This document shows positions 17,945-28,597 of a stretch of DNA of 64,000 nt, in pieces. Position numbers and translations under genes: made by a program. Every line of letters starts with the position of its first letter. Position 1 is the first letter of the stretch. The stretch covers positions 1 through 64,000 of the forward strand of contig CAVYBU010000017.1 of the NCBI GenBank assembly GCA_963766735.1, given 5' to 3'. The notes under the pieces are model-generated. The model saw only the letters and a list, made by a program, of their open reading frames with translations, made no database searches and had not been told where the DNA came from. The stretch is from an uncultured Chloroflexia bacterium (GTDB lineage Bacteria > Chloroflexota > Limnocylindria > Limnocylindrales > CSP1-4).

Positions 17945-19753
17945 ATGCCGAGCTACCCGCAACCCGTGTCCACCCCTGCCGTGACCCCCGCGGACCCGGT
18001 CATCCCCGCGGACCCGGTCATTCCCGCAGGCCCGCACCCGTACGTCCCGCGCCTCCCGGTCCCGGACGCGAGCTCGGTCGCCGAGTGTGACGCGGCCGTC
18101 GCCGACCTCCGGGCGGCGGCAGACGGCTGGGCGAGGGCCACGCCGGAGGCCCGGATCCGCCTCCTGGACGAGGTCATCAGGGCCACCCTCCCGGTGGCGG
18201 ACCGCTGGACGGAGCGCGCCTCCCTGCACGAGGGACTCGACCCGGCCGGCCCGGACTCGGCCGAGGAGGCCATCGTTGGGCCATACATCTTCCTGCGTGG
18301 CGCCCGCCTCCACCGGGACGCGATCCGGGCCATCGCCCACCTCGGCGTGCCGAGGATCCCCGGGCCGGTGCGGACGCACCCGGACGGGCGCGTGACGGCG
18401 CGCGTGTTCCCCACGGATGTCATTGACCGCGCGACCTACATCGGCACCCACGCCGACGTCTGGATGGACCGGTCGGTCACGGCCGAGACGCTGCCGTCCA
18501 CGATGGCCACGCCCTACCTGGAGCCGCCGCCCGGGCGGGTCTGCCTGGTGCTCGGCGGCGGCAACGCGTCGTCCATCGGGCCGCTGGACGTGCTCCACAA
18601 GCTGTTCGTGGACCTCCAGGTCGTGGTCCTCAAGATGCACCCCGTCATGGCCCACCTCGACGACGTCCAGGCAGCGGCCCTCGCGCCGCTGGTCCGGGCG
18701 GGCGTCCTCCGGATCGTGCACGGCGACGCCGAGCAGGGGGGCTATCTCGCAAACCACCCGGGCGTGGACACGCTCCACATCACGGGTGCCGACCGGACCT
18801 ACGACGCCATCGTCTTCGGGACCGGCCACGAAGGCGCGGACCGCAGGCGCCGCGATGACCCGGTGCTCCACAAGCCGTTCACGGCGGAGCTGGGCAACCT
18901 CACGCCGATCATCGTCGTGCCGGGGCGCTGGAGCCCGTCCGACCTGGACTACCACGCCGAGAACATCGTCACGATGCTCACCAACAACGCGGGCTTCAAC
19001 TGCACGACGTCGCGGGTCATCGTGACGGCGTCCGGCTGGCCGCAGCGGACGGCCCTGATGGACCGGATCCGGGCGCGGCTGACCGCGCTGCCCACCCGCC
19101 TCGCCTACTACCCGGGTGCCCGCGAGCGGTTCGCGGCCTTCGGCGAGATCCACCCCGAGGCCGAGCGCTTCGGCGATGCCGGCGAGGGACACCTGCCCTG
19201 GATGCTGATCCCGGACCTGTCGCCGGATGCGGTGGGGGACCCCTGCTACCGCATCGAGGCCTTCTGCAGCGTCACTGCAGAGACCCCGATCGAGGCCCCG
19301 GACACGGCCACCTACCTGGAAAAGGCGGTGCGCTTCGCGAACGAGACCCTGTGGGGGACCCTGAACGCAACCCTGATCGTGGACCCGAGGACGGCGAAGG
19401 ACGCGGCCACGGGCCCGGCCGTCGAGCGCGCGATCGACGATCTGCGGTACGGGACGGTCTCGCTCAACCACTGGTCCGCCATCGGGTATGGGCTGGGGAT
19501 CACGCCCTGGGGCGCGTATCCCGGCAACGGCAGGACCGACATCGGCTCCGGGACAGGCTTCGTCCACAACCCGCTGATGTTCGAGCGGGTGGAGAAGACC
19601 GTCGTTCGCTCGCCGTTCCGCGCCTGGCCGAAGCCGATCTGGTTCGCCGGTCACCGGACCGCCCATCGGGTGGTGCCGCACCTCGTCCGCTTCGAGGGGG
19701 ACCGCCGCCCCGACCGCCTCATCCCCATCATGTGGTTCGCGCTCCGCGGCTGA
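17945..19753 (+). CDS. Aldehyde dehydrogenase family protein
   Basis: GGGN, HITG, AELG, NAGFNC, EAFC; start uncertain. Confidence 0.85.
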   Translation: MPSYPQPVSTPAVTPADPVIPADPVIPAGPHPYVPRLPVPDASSVAECDAAVADLRAAADGWARATPEARIRLLDEVIRATLPVADRWTERASLHEGLDPAGPDSAEEAIVGPYIFLRGARLHRDAIRAIAHLGVPRIPGPVRTHPDGRVTARVFPTDVIDRATYIGTHADVWMDRSVTAETLPSTMATPYLEPPPGRVCLVLGGGNASSIGPLDVLHKLFVDLQVVVLKMHPVMAHLDDVQAAALAPLVRAGVLRIVHGDAEQGGYLANHPGVDTLHITGADRTYDAIVFGTGHEGADRRRRDDPVLHKPFTAELGNLTPIIVVPGRWSPSDLDYHAENIVTMLTNNAGFNCTTSRVIVTASGWPQRTALMDRIRARLTALPTRLAYYPGARERFAAFGEIHPEAERFGDAGEGHLPWMLIPDLSPDAVGDPCYRIEAFCSVTAETPIEAPDTATYLEKAVRFANETLWGTLNATLIVDPRTAKDAATGPAVERAIDDLRYGTVSLNHWSAIGYGLGITPWGAYPGNGRTDIGSGTGFVHNPLMFERVEKTVVRSPFRAWPKPIWFAGHRTAHRVVPHLVRFEGDRRPDRLIPIMWFALRG

Positions 19754-19890
19754 CGACGCACGCAGACGGACCCGGAAGTGGTTCCGACACCTCCGGGTCC
19801 TCGCCCGTCTGCCCTGGCTGGGGCCGGCGGGTTGAGGCCAGCCTAGCAGCCCTGAGTGCGGGCGCAGCCCCGGCTGCTATCGTGCAGCAC

Positions 19891-20679
19891 ATGGAGGCCA
19901 GCCCCAAGGAGCCCACTGCGACACCAGGTGCCCCGCTGGCGGCGCACTGGCTCGGGCGCGTCGGCTACCGGGACGCGTGGGACCTCCAGAAGCGCCTGGC
20001 GGCGGCCCGGGCGGCGGACCGGATCGGCGATCGGCTGCTGCTCCTGGAGCACCCGGCGGTCCTCACCCTCGGCCGTGGCGCCAACGAGGGTCACGTCCTG
20101 GCTCCCGTGTCCCTGCTGGAGGAGCGCGGCATCGAGCTCCTTCGCGTTGAGCGCGGCGGAGAGGTGACCTACCACGGCCCCGGCCAGCTGGTTGCGTATC
20201 CGATCGTCCGCCTGGCGGATCGTGGCCTCCTCCTCCGTCCCTTCGTCCGGGCCCTGGAGGGTGCGCTCGCCGATACCTGCGCCGCGTTCGGCGTCACGGC
20301 CGGCCGCCGCGAGGGTCACCCGGGCTGCTGGGTGACCCCTGATGGTCCGCTCCCGCGGAAGATCGGGGCCCTGGGCCTCCGCGTGGAGCGCGGCGTGACG
20401 TACCACGGCATCGCGCTCAACGTGAGCGTGGACCTCGCCGACTTCGGTCTCATCGACCCGTGCGGGATGCCCGGGCTCACCTCCGCCTCCATCGCGTCGG
20501 AGCTGGGCCGCCGGGACGAGCCCCCGTCCACCGCCAGCGTGGCCCGCGCTGCCACGGTCTTCGCCGAGGCCTTCGCATCCCGCCTTGCCACGGCGCTCGA
20601 GGGTGCGCTGCCACCCGACGCGGACCCTGTCGCGGAACGCGCGGCCCTGGAGCGCCTCGTCGGCGCGGTGCCGGCATGA
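19891..20679 (+). CDS. lipB: Lipoyl(octanoyl) transferase
   Basis: LLEHPAVLTLGR, RGGEVTYHGPGQLVAYPI, KIGALG, HGIALN, PCG. Confidence 0.95.
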   Translation: MEASPKEPTATPGAPLAAHWLGRVGYRDAWDLQKRLAAARAADRIGDRLLLLEHPAVLTLGRGANEGHVLAPVSLLEERGIELLRVERGGEVTYHGPGQLVAYPIVRLADRGLLLRPFVRALEGALADTCAAFGVTAGRREGHPGCWVTPDGPLPRKIGALGLRVERGVTYHGIALNVSVDLADFGLIDPCGMPGLTSASIASELGRRDEPPSTASVARAATVFAEAFASRLATALEGALPPDADPVAERAALERLVGAVPA

Positions 20680-20749
20680 TGTCGCCGGCAGGCAGGGGAT
20701 CCCTGGTCGGCGCGGGCGCCAGTGGCCGAACGAGGACGGGTGGCCAGCG

Positions 20750-21754
20750 GTGAGCCAGGGCCTGTTCGAGCTGCGCAAGGACGCGATCGCGGGCTGGTGG
20801 GTCGCGACGATCGTTGACCGGACCTTTGCGCGCGAGCGGTTTGCGACGCCTGCACTCCAGATCGATGATCGCGGGGACTGCTTCAACTGCCGCCTTCCGG
20901 CCGGGGAGGGGATCCGCCTGCGGACGCTCAAGGACTTCGCGTTCACCGTCGCGGGCACGGAGGAGGAGGCGCATGCGCGTGGGGCCTCGGTGGCGCAGGT
21001 CACGATCTCGGACGCCCGGGCCTCAGGCTCGTGGCGGACCGTGGTGGCGCCACCGGGCGAGCACCGGGCGCTCCACGCCGTGGGAAGCGCGACCATCGAG
21101 GGCCTGCTTGCCCGATGCCGCGACGAGATCCATGTGGCCCGCGCGGCGAACCAGACGCAGCACCTCCAGATCGTCCAGAACTGGGGAGCCCAGGCCGGCG
21201 CCCGGACCAACCACCTGTGCTTCGACCTCTACGACCTCCCCCAGATCCCGCACCGGGTCGCCGAGGAGCTGGGCGGCGCCGCTCGTTTCCTGATCCGGGA
21301 GGGTGAGTGCCCGTACTGCCGCCTCGTTCGGGAGGAGGTCCGCAGGCCGGACCACCTGCTCTATGCGGACGATCACGCGGTCGCCTTCGCGCCGTACGCG
21401 AGCCGGTCGCCGTTCGAGGTCTGGGTTGTTCCGCGCCGTCACGATGCGGATTTCGCCCGCGCCGCGGATCCGGACATCGCCGCCACGTCCGAGGCGCTGC
21501 GCCAGGTCCTGGGCCGGCTCTCAGCCAGTCTCGACGGGCCTCCCTACAACCTGGTCCTCCACACGGCCCCGCTGAAGGAACAGGTGGACGCGACCTATCA
21601 CTGGCACTGGGAGATCCATCCCCGCCTGCGCGAGATCGCCGGCCTTGAGCTGGGTACCGGGCTTCCCGTCAACCCCGTGTCGCCCGAGGACGCCGTGGAC
21701 GAGCTGCGATCCGGCTCGGGGACGGAGGCCCCCCCGGAGCACCCGATCCGATGA
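20750..21754 (+). CDS. GalT-like (HIT superfamily) protein with variant active site
   Basis: ELRKD..GWW, CPYC, PYASRSPFE, YNLVLHTAP, HWHWEIHPRL...AGLELGTG..NPVSPE; HPH motif reads HLC. Confidence 0.85.
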   Translation: MSQGLFELRKDAIAGWWVATIVDRTFARERFATPALQIDDRGDCFNCRLPAGEGIRLRTLKDFAFTVAGTEEEAHARGASVAQVTISDARASGSWRTVVAPPGEHRALHAVGSATIEGLLARCRDEIHVARAANQTQHLQIVQNWGAQAGARTNHLCFDLYDLPQIPHRVAEELGGAARFLIREGECPYCRLVREEVRRPDHLLYADDHAVAFAPYASRSPFEVWVVPRRHDADFARAADPDIAATSEALRQVLGRLSASLDGPPYNLVLHTAPLKEQVDATYHWHWEIHPRLREIAGLELGTGLPVNPVSPEDAVDELRSGSGTEAPPEHPIR

Positions 21755-21863
21755 CCGGGGCGGGGGGTCGCCGTCACACCGTGGACCCCGGCATCGTCAC
21801 AACCGTTCGGGACGCCAAGGCCTTGTTCGCGGTGCCCCATCGTCGATCCCCACCGAGGCACGC

Positions 21864-22493
21864 GTGTCAGCCCATCCCTTCGAGCTCAGCCAGCGACGGG
21901 TCCTCCCCGTGGGCCTCACCGTGAGCGGTGGCTGGGACCGCGACGACGCGTACCTCTTCGTCGAGGAGCTGTTCGGGAAGCACCAGCAGGAGATATACGC
22001 ATACCTGCTGCGCATGCTCCGTGACCCGGAGCTGGCTGCCGACCTGACCCAGGACGCCTTCGTCAAGGCCTACCGCGCGTACGACTCGCTGCAGAAGCCG
22101 GAGAACGCACGGGCGTGGCTCTACCAGATCGCCCACCGGGTCGCCCTGGACGATCTTCGCCGACGCCGGATCGTGCGCTTCATTCCTCTAGTCGGCGAGA
22201 CCCGCAACTCCACGCCGTCCGCCGAGCACCTCGTGATGGACGCCAGCCTTTCCGGCGACCTCCAGCGAGCGCTGGCGCGAATCCCCGAGCGTCAGCGGGC
22301 CGCTCTCCTCCTCGCCGAATTGCACGATCTCTCGGGCGTGGAGCTGGCGGCGGCGCTGGGTGTCAGTCACGTGGCCGCGCGCGCGCTCCTCACCCGCGCC
22401 CGGGAGAGTCTTCGCCAGGCGCTCGCCGTGGAGCGGCAGGCGGAGGCGGACCAGGATGCGGCTGCCCAGCCGCGTCGGGAGACCAGGTCGTGA
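21864..22493 (+). CDS. ECF RNA polymerase sigma factor
   Basis: AADLTQDAFVKAY, AWLYQIA, IPERQRAALLL...ELAAALG...RAR. Confidence 0.92.
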   Translation: MSAHPFELSQRRVLPVGLTVSGGWDRDDAYLFVEELFGKHQQEIYAYLLRMLRDPELAADLTQDAFVKAYRAYDSLQKPENARAWLYQIAHRVALDDLRRRRIVRFIPLVGETRNSTPSAEHLVMDASLSGDLQRALARIPERQRAALLLAELHDLSGVELAAALGVSHVAARALLTRARESLRQALAVERQAEADQDAAAQPRRETRS

Positions 22494-24245
22494 ACGGGCG
22501 CCTCACACGCGGCACCGGTGCAACGGACCACGATCGGGCCCGCGAGCTTGCGGCCATCCGCGTGGACGAGGCCCTGCAGGCCGGTGATCTCGCCTGGCTC
22601 GAGGACCATCTGGCCGCCTGTTCGAACTGCGCCGCCGTGGCCGCCGAATATGGAGAGCAGCACCTCTCGCTGCGCGCGAGCCGCGTGGACCTTCCGGAAC
22701 CGCCGCGGGACCTGTGGGCACGCACGGCTGCTGTCATGGATGCCCAGGGCACCCGCCGCACGCGCCGGTTCGGTGGCCGCCTCCCGAACGTCTCGCCGCT
22801 GCCGGTTGCCGGCCTCATGGCCGTTGCGGTCGTGGTGGGCGCGGGCCTGCTCAACGGCGGAGGCTTCTTCTCTGGCGGCACGATCGAACCGGGCGGCACG
22901 ATCGAGGCCGACGGGCCGGTGCCCACGCCAATCAACGTGGCCGCAACCGACGTCCAGGTGCTCATTCGGGGCGCGGACGGTACCGTCCGGGTCCTGACCC
23001 GCCGCCTGGACCAGGTCTGTCCCACGGGCGTTGTCGCCTGCGGGATCTCGTCCTCGTTCGACGTCACGACCACCGCGTCGCTGTCGGGCTCGGCGTACCT
23101 CGACGGGATCATCTCGCCCTCGAAGGCACGCCTGGTGGTCCTGGATCGGGGCGATGGTGTCGGCGGTGTCTACGTCGTGTCCATGACGGCGCCCGACCCG
23201 TCCGATACGCCGGTGCCGTCCGGCACGCCCGCTCCCGCCGGCACCCCAGATCCCTCCGTCACGCCCGTCCCCTCCGGCACGCCCGCCTCCGACCGCCGAT
23301 CCAGGGGCCACGGACCCGCCGGCCACCGCCACCCCCGACGCTTCGGTTGCCGCGCCCTCTGCCGATCCGAGCATCTCCCCGGAGACGACGCCACCCCCGT
23401 CCGACTCGCCTGGGGAAACCCCGGCTCCGACCGACGAACCCACGCCCTCGATCGCCGTCTCGGTCACGGCGGACGGTCCGCTCGAGATCGCACGGGACGT
23501 GATCGTGGTCGGCGGGATTGCCGCCTACTCGCCCGACGAATCCAGCTTCGCGTTCACCGCTCGTCCCGCGGACGGCTCGGCTGGGCCCGACGTCTACGTC
23601 TGGACCGTGGGTGACACCCAGGCCAATGCGGTCACGACCGACCACGCCTCCGTGCTCGCGGGCTGGGTGGATGGGAACCTGCTGGTCAGCCGCGTCGCCG
23701 ACGGCAAGCCCGAGACCGTGCTGCTCGATCTCGCCGACGGCTCCGAGAGCGCGGTTGGCGAGGGCCACGTCTGGCGCCCGGCGATCGGCCCCGACGGCCA
23801 CACCGCGGTGTGGTGGGACGGCAGCATCACGCTCGCCGATGGCGGGGTCACCCCCGTCCCCGACGAAGGCCGCCTCGTCCTTGGCGCCTGGCCCGACGGC
23901 ACCCAGGAGCCGCAGACGCTGGCCACGGGGCCGCTTGCCGACTGGGACGTCGACTGGGATGCAGCCGGAAACGTGCTGGGCGTCTGGACGACGACGGAGA
24001 AGGCCGGCAAGGCCGGCACTCTCAGCCTCTACGCAGTCGACCCTGACACCGGCCGGGTGGATCTCGACGATCCCCTCGTGGACGCCGCTCCGGCCTTCGG
24101 TGGCTTCTCGCTCCGGCCCGGCCGCCTGGCCTGGTCCGCACCCGTCGAGGGCGGGGACACGACGGTGCACGTCGCCGTGTGGTCGGGTCGCGACATGAAC
24201 CTCCTTGAGCTGGAGACCGACTCGGGCGCGACCGTCGTCCGCTGA
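22490..24245 (+). CDS. Zinc-finger anti-sigma factor with TM helix, Pro/Thr linker and propeller-like extracellular domain (frameshift near 23285)
   Basis: HLAACSNC (HxxxCxxC), TM segment; reading continues in the frame of ORF 23499-24245. Confidence 0.75.
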
Positions 24246-24276
24246 TACGCGGCGAAAATCGGCAGGGTCCGGCCCG
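24239..24276 (+). repeat. Direct repeat, left copy (38 bp)
   Basis: CCGCTGATACGCGGCGAAAATCGGCAGGGTCCGGCCCG; matches 36034-36070 except for one T. Confidence 0.9.
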
Positions 24277-24289
24277 GCAATGACGTGGC

Positions 24290-25813
24290 TCAGGTCCGGA
24301 CGACGTCCGCCCCCATGAGCGCCCGGAACTCGGGGTACCGCTCCTCGTAGATGGCCCCCGCTTCCGGGTCCGGCTCGAACCGGCTGCCAAGATGCAGGCA
24401 CCGTGCGATGGCTTCGTCGGCATCCCGATAGGCCCCGACGCCGATCCCGGCGAGCATCGCGACCCCCGTGACGGCGGCGTCCCCGGGGACCACGGTTACC
24501 GGCACCCCCGTCACGTCCGCCTTGATCCGGTTCCATGTCTCGAGGCGGGAGTCGCCCCCGGAGACGCGAAGCTCCGTGACCGGGGCGCCCCCGTCCACCA
24601 GCAGCGCGAGATGAGCCCTGATCGTGTAGGCAACTCCCTCGAGCATCGCGCGGGCAAGCGCGGCGCGTCCATGGCGCAGGGAGATCCCGGTGAATGCGGC
24701 CCGGAGGTCGGGGTCCGTCCGTTCACCGTCGCCCAGGACGGGGATGGCAAGAACGCCGTCCGATCCGGGAGGCACGTTGCCCGCCTCGAGGTCGAGCCGC
24801 ACGTAGTCGGCTGGCCCGGCGCGCCCGCGGCGGCCGCCATAGAGGAGGTCCGCGGCCCAGGCGGCGGCGAGCCCTGTCGTGTTGACCCCCGTCTCGGTGG
24901 TGTACATGTCCGGCACCACGTGGGGGTAGTGCGTCACGAGGAGCTCGGCGATCGGTTCCGGCAGGGCCGCATTCAGACAGGTCGAAGACCCTGCCATCTC
25001 GCTCACCGGCCCGGGACTGACGACACCCGCGCCAAGCGCGCAGGCCTGGCTGTCGGCACCGCCGAGCACGACCGGCGTATTCAGGGCGAGGCCAAGCCGC
25101 GAGGCGAGCGCTGGACGGACCGTTCCGAGCACGTCCCAGGAGTCCCGGACGGGCGGGAATAGAGAGGCCGGGAGGTCAAGGCCATTGATCAGCTCCGCGT
25201 CCCACGTCCGAGCCCGGAGTCCGAACACCAGGGTCGCCGCTGCGTGGCTGCCGTCGGTCGCCGCCTCCCCGGTGAGGGCAAGCGCGGCGAGGTCCCTCGG
25301 CTGAAGCGCGAGAGACGCCGCCCCCAGCCACGCCGGGTCGTGGTCCCGGATCCAGAGCAGCTTGGGGGCGATGTGGAAGGCGGCAGGAAGGTGTCCCGTC
25401 CGATCGTGGATCCACTCGTCGCCGAAGCGCTCGCGAATGGCCGCGGCCTCCAACTCCGCCCGATTGTCGCGGTACATCAGGCCGGGGCCGATAGGCCGTC
25501 CACGTGCGTCAACCAGGCAGATCGTGGGGCATTGGCCCGTCAGGCCGATGCCCAGCACACGACGATGGGGCCCGAGTCGGCGGACGAGGTCGCCCAGCGC
25601 GCCGATCGCGGCGGATTGCCAGGCGCGGGGATCCTGTTCGGACCAGCCGGGGTAGGGCGCCGTTGACGGGTACGACCGGCGTGTCTCGATCCGGCGACGA
25701 CCCTCAAGGTCGAACGCGGCTGCACGCGCCCCCGACGTGGCGACGTCCACGGTGACCAGCGCCTCGATCCATGCAGGGTCGTCGGGCTCGGGCCTCACGT
25801 CACGGGGCGTCAT
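24290..25813 (-). CDS. FGGY-family carbohydrate kinase (xylulokinase-like)
   Basis: DVATSGARA, EQDP, GLTGQ, GGADSQ, GERT, RAMLEGVA, SGG. Confidence 0.9.
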   Translation of the reverse strand: MTPRDVRPEPDDPAWIEALVTVDVATSGARAAAFDLEGRRRIETRRSYPSTAPYPGWSEQDPRAWQSAAIGALGDLVRRLGPHRRVLGIGLTGQCPTICLVDARGRPIGPGLMYRDNRAELEAAAIRERFGDEWIHDRTGHLPAAFHIAPKLLWIRDHDPAWLGAASLALQPRDLAALALTGEAATDGSHAAATLVFGLRARTWDAELINGLDLPASLFPPVRDSWDVLGTVRPALASRLGLALNTPVVLGGADSQACALGAGVVSPGPVSEMAGSSTCLNAALPEPIAELLVTHYPHVVPDMYTTETGVNTTGLAAAWAADLLYGGRRGRAGPADYVRLDLEAGNVPPGSDGVLAIPVLGDGERTDPDLRAAFTGISLRHGRAALARAMLEGVAYTIRAHLALLVDGGAPVTELRVSGGDSRLETWNRIKADVTGVPVTVVPGDAAVTGVAMLAGIGVGAYRDADEAIARCLHLGSRFEPDPEAGAIYEERYPEFRALMGADVVRT

Positions 25814-25824
25814 GCTGGCGGCGG

Positions 25825-26733
25825 CTAGTTCGGGGTCGCGAGGCGATCGGTCGCGCGCAGCAGCAGGACCGTCAGCCCGACGATGACGAACAACAGGATG
25901 ATCGAGCCCGCCGCCGCCTGCCCGATGTTCAGCGGCCCGGCCAGGCCGGTGCGCCAGATCAGGTAGCTGATGGTCTCCGTGCTCGTGCCGGGCCCGCCTC
26001 GGGTCAGGATGTAGATGAGGTCATACGTCTTCACCGCGGACACGAGCCGGATGAGCACGGCGACCACGATGATCGGAACCATGAGCGGCACGGTGATGTG
26101 GCGGAGGCTCTGCAGACCGCTGGCGCCGTCCACCTTGGCCGCCTCGATGGGCTCCGCGGGCAGCGAGGACAGACCGGCGTAGAACATCAGGATCAGAACG
26201 GACGTCTCGTGCCAGACATCCACGGCGATGATCGTGGGGAGCGCGAGGTTGACATCGCCCAGCCAGGCCATCTTGGGGATGCCCACAAGCCCCAGCAACC
26301 AGTTGAGGACCCCGAGGTCCGGGTGCAGGATCAGGCGCCAGGACAGGCCGACCGCAACCGGGCTCAGGAGCAGCGGCACCATCACGATCAACAGGTAGAT
26401 GCTGCGGAACCGGAGGTTCGGCAGCGTCAGCAGGTACGCGAGCGCGAAGGCGATCAACGTCTCCAGCGTCACGACCGAGGCTGCCAGGACCAGCGTGACG
26501 GTGGCCGCATTCAAGAACGCATCGCTCGTCGCGAACGCGATGTAGTTGTCCAGGCCGATGAACGGACGGGACAGATCGGTGCCCGACAGCAGGAACCGCT
26601 GGAGACTCCCGACGGCCGAGTAGACCAGCGGGAATCGATCGACCAGCAACAATGCGACGAAGAGCGGCAGGAGCATGCGCCAGCGCATGGACAGCCCGCG
26701 GCGGCGGTCTCCGGGCATGCGGGTGCTGGTCAT
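25825..26733 (-). CDS. Sugar ABC permease
   Basis: FIGLDNY, EAAKVDGA, LTRGGPG. Confidence 0.93.
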   Translation of the reverse strand: MTSTRMPGDRRRGLSMRWRMLLPLFVALLLVDRFPLVYSAVGSLQRFLLSGTDLSRPFIGLDNYIAFATSDAFLNAATVTLVLAASVVTLETLIAFALAYLLTLPNLRFRSIYLLIVMVPLLLSPVAVGLSWRLILHPDLGVLNWLLGLVGIPKMAWLGDVNLALPTIIAVDVWHETSVLILMFYAGLSSLPAEPIEAAKVDGASGLQSLRHITVPLMVPIIVVAVLIRLVSAVKTYDLIYILTRGGPGTSTETISYLIWRTGLAGPLNIGQAAAGSIILLFVIVGLTVLLLRATDRLATPN

Positions 26734-26820
26734 CGGTTCATCAGGTGCCGAGCCGTGCCGGGGGCGAGGAGCCGGCGGAACCGATTCCCCGCCCCCGGTG
26801 TCACGATCTCAGCTCGCCCG

Positions 26821-28125
26821 CTACTGGTCGGCGAGCTCGGTCAGCTTCACGGCAATCGCATCCAGGGCCTCCTGGGGCGTCTTGCGCTTGCTGGCGGCCT
26901 CGGACAGCTCGCGGCCGAGGGTGGCGACCAGGTCCTGCTGCTTGGTGATCAGCGGCAGTCCCTTGCCGTTGTTGAGAATGTCCAGCGCCTTGGTCAGGTA
27001 CGGGAACAGCGCCAGGATCTCCGGGTCGGTGTAGAAGCTGGTGTAGGCCGGAGACCCGCCCTTGAGCGCTCGCTGGCGGGCGACGTCCTCGGCGGTGACC
27101 CACTTGATGAACTCCCACGCCGCGCCGGCGTTCTTGGAGCTCTTCGGGATACCGAACGACCACACGCCAACGTTGCCCTGGTGGGTGCCGGGCATCGCCG
27201 CGACGTCCCACATGTCCACGACGGACGAGTTCTCCGGGTCCTGGAAGAAGCCCGCAAAGATCGTCACGTAGGTGACCATCATCGCGGCCTTGCCCTGCGC
27301 GAACGTGTTGCTGGCGTCGTCGAGGTTGGCCCCAGCGGCGCCCGTCTGGGCGGCGTTGTCCATCATGTCGAGGTACTGGTTGAGCGCCAGGAGGCCGATC
27401 TCGTTGTTGACCGTCGGGGTCTTGAGGTCCTCGGCGTACAGGTCACCGCCGTTGGCGAACAGGAAGTTCAGCCATTCCATCGCGATGGGGTCCGTCGGGG
27501 CACCCTGCATGGCGGCCCCGTAGATTTCAGCCGTCTTGAGGCTCTTGGCGTAGCTGACGAGCTCCTCCATCGTCGCCGGGACCTGGATGTCGAGGTCCTT
27601 CCTGTAGACGATGCCCATGGGGTAGGGGAAGTACGGGACGTAGTAGGTCTTGCCGTCGACGATGCCGTTCACGTCGAAGAACGCCGGGATGATCCCGGAC
27701 AGGTCGGTGTTGTCCTTCGCGATCATGTCATCAAGGGGCAGCATCCAGCCGGAGCGGGCGAACTCGCCCGGCCAGTAGTAGTCCACTGCCACGACGTCGT
27801 AGGTGCCGGATCCCTCCGGTCCGCTGAGCTGCGGGACGAGCTTCTCGTACATGTTGCTGTACGGGACCTGCTCGAACTGCACCTTGATCCCGGTCTTGGC
27901 CTCGAAATCAGGCAGGAGATCGGCGATGTAGTGCGTCTCGGTCAGGTCCTCCATCAGCATGTTCAGGGTGGTGCCGGCGAACGGCTTGTCACCGCTCGCG
28001 GCGGACGGGGTGGCCCCGCCGCTCGAACCGCAGGCTGTGACCAGGAAGACTGCGATCAAGCCGATCGCGAGCAGGCGGCGATGGCCTCCCCGACCGATCG
28101 TCTGGCCGTGCGTTGGCTGGTTCAT
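26821..28125 (-). CDS. Sugar ABC substrate-binding lipoprotein
   Basis: Lipobox LVTAC, FEAKTGIKV, YRKD, AAWEFIKW. Confidence 0.92.
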   Translation of the reverse strand: MNQPTHGQTIGRGGHRRLLAIGLIAVFLVTACGSSGGATPSAASGDKPFAGTTLNMLMEDLTETHYIADLLPDFEAKTGIKVQFEQVPYSNMYEKLVPQLSGPEGSGTYDVVAVDYYWPGEFARSGWMLPLDDMIAKDNTDLSGIIPAFFDVNGIVDGKTYYVPYFPYPMGIVYRKDLDIQVPATMEELVSYAKSLKTAEIYGAAMQGAPTDPIAMEWLNFLFANGGDLYAEDLKTPTVNNEIGLLALNQYLDMMDNAAQTGAAGANLDDASNTFAQGKAAMMVTYVTIFAGFFQDPENSSVVDMWDVAAMPGTHQGNVGVWSFGIPKSSKNAGAAWEFIKWVTAEDVARQRALKGGSPAYTSFYTDPEILALFPYLTKALDILNNGKGLPLITKQQDLVATLGRELSEAASKRKTPQEALDAIAVKLTELADQ

Positions 28126-28167
28126 CTGCGACCTCCTCCGCTGTGCGCGCCCGGCGCGCTATGGACC

Positions 28168-28538
28168 CTACTTGACGGAACCGAAGGTGAGCCCGGTCAC
28201 CAGGTACTTCTTGACCAGGAAGGTCAGGACGATGACGGGGGCGCTCATGAGGGGAGGCTGACCGCGAGGCTGTTGACGAAGAAGCTGGTGAAGTTCTGGT
28301 CCTCGAGGATGTAGCTCCAGCTGTCGAGGTTGAGCGCCGCCGCGAAGTTGGGGGGAATGAGGTAGGCCTCGCGCCGGGAGACGATCGACGTCCGGAAGAT
28401 CCACAGCAGCGGCAGCAGGATCACAAGGGACGTGCAGATCAACGCGACGTGGGCCAGGAACCGTCCCAGGTGGGGCCGGCGGCGACGCCGGCGCTCCGGG
28501 CGCGGGCTCACAGCCGCGGTGGCGGCCAGAGTCGTCAT
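28168..28538 (-). pseudogene. Sugar ABC permease (MalG-like) with large internal deletion
   Basis: N-terminal PLLWIFRTS...FFVNSLAVS abuts out-of-frame C-terminal PVIVLTFLVKKYLVTGLTFGSVK; central EAA region missing. Confidence 0.8.
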
Positions 28539-28597
28539 GCCGTCGCACCTGCGGGCGCGGCTTGCCGCAAGCGACGTGACGCGTCACTCTCTAGCGC

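Noticed and set aside
17985-18030. Short tandem repeat CCCGCGGACCCGGTCAT
   Set aside because: Low-complexity PADPVI coding repeat in the ALDH N-terminus
23195-23460. Repeats in the anti-sigma gene
   Set aside because: Ordinary Pro/Thr/Ser linker (TPVPSGTPA)
25771-28314. 847-aa plus-strand ORF and similar long antisense ORFs (e.g. 17753-19681, 51546-53615, 54161-56101)
   Set aside because: Antisense shadows of well-supported genes, common in high-GC DNA
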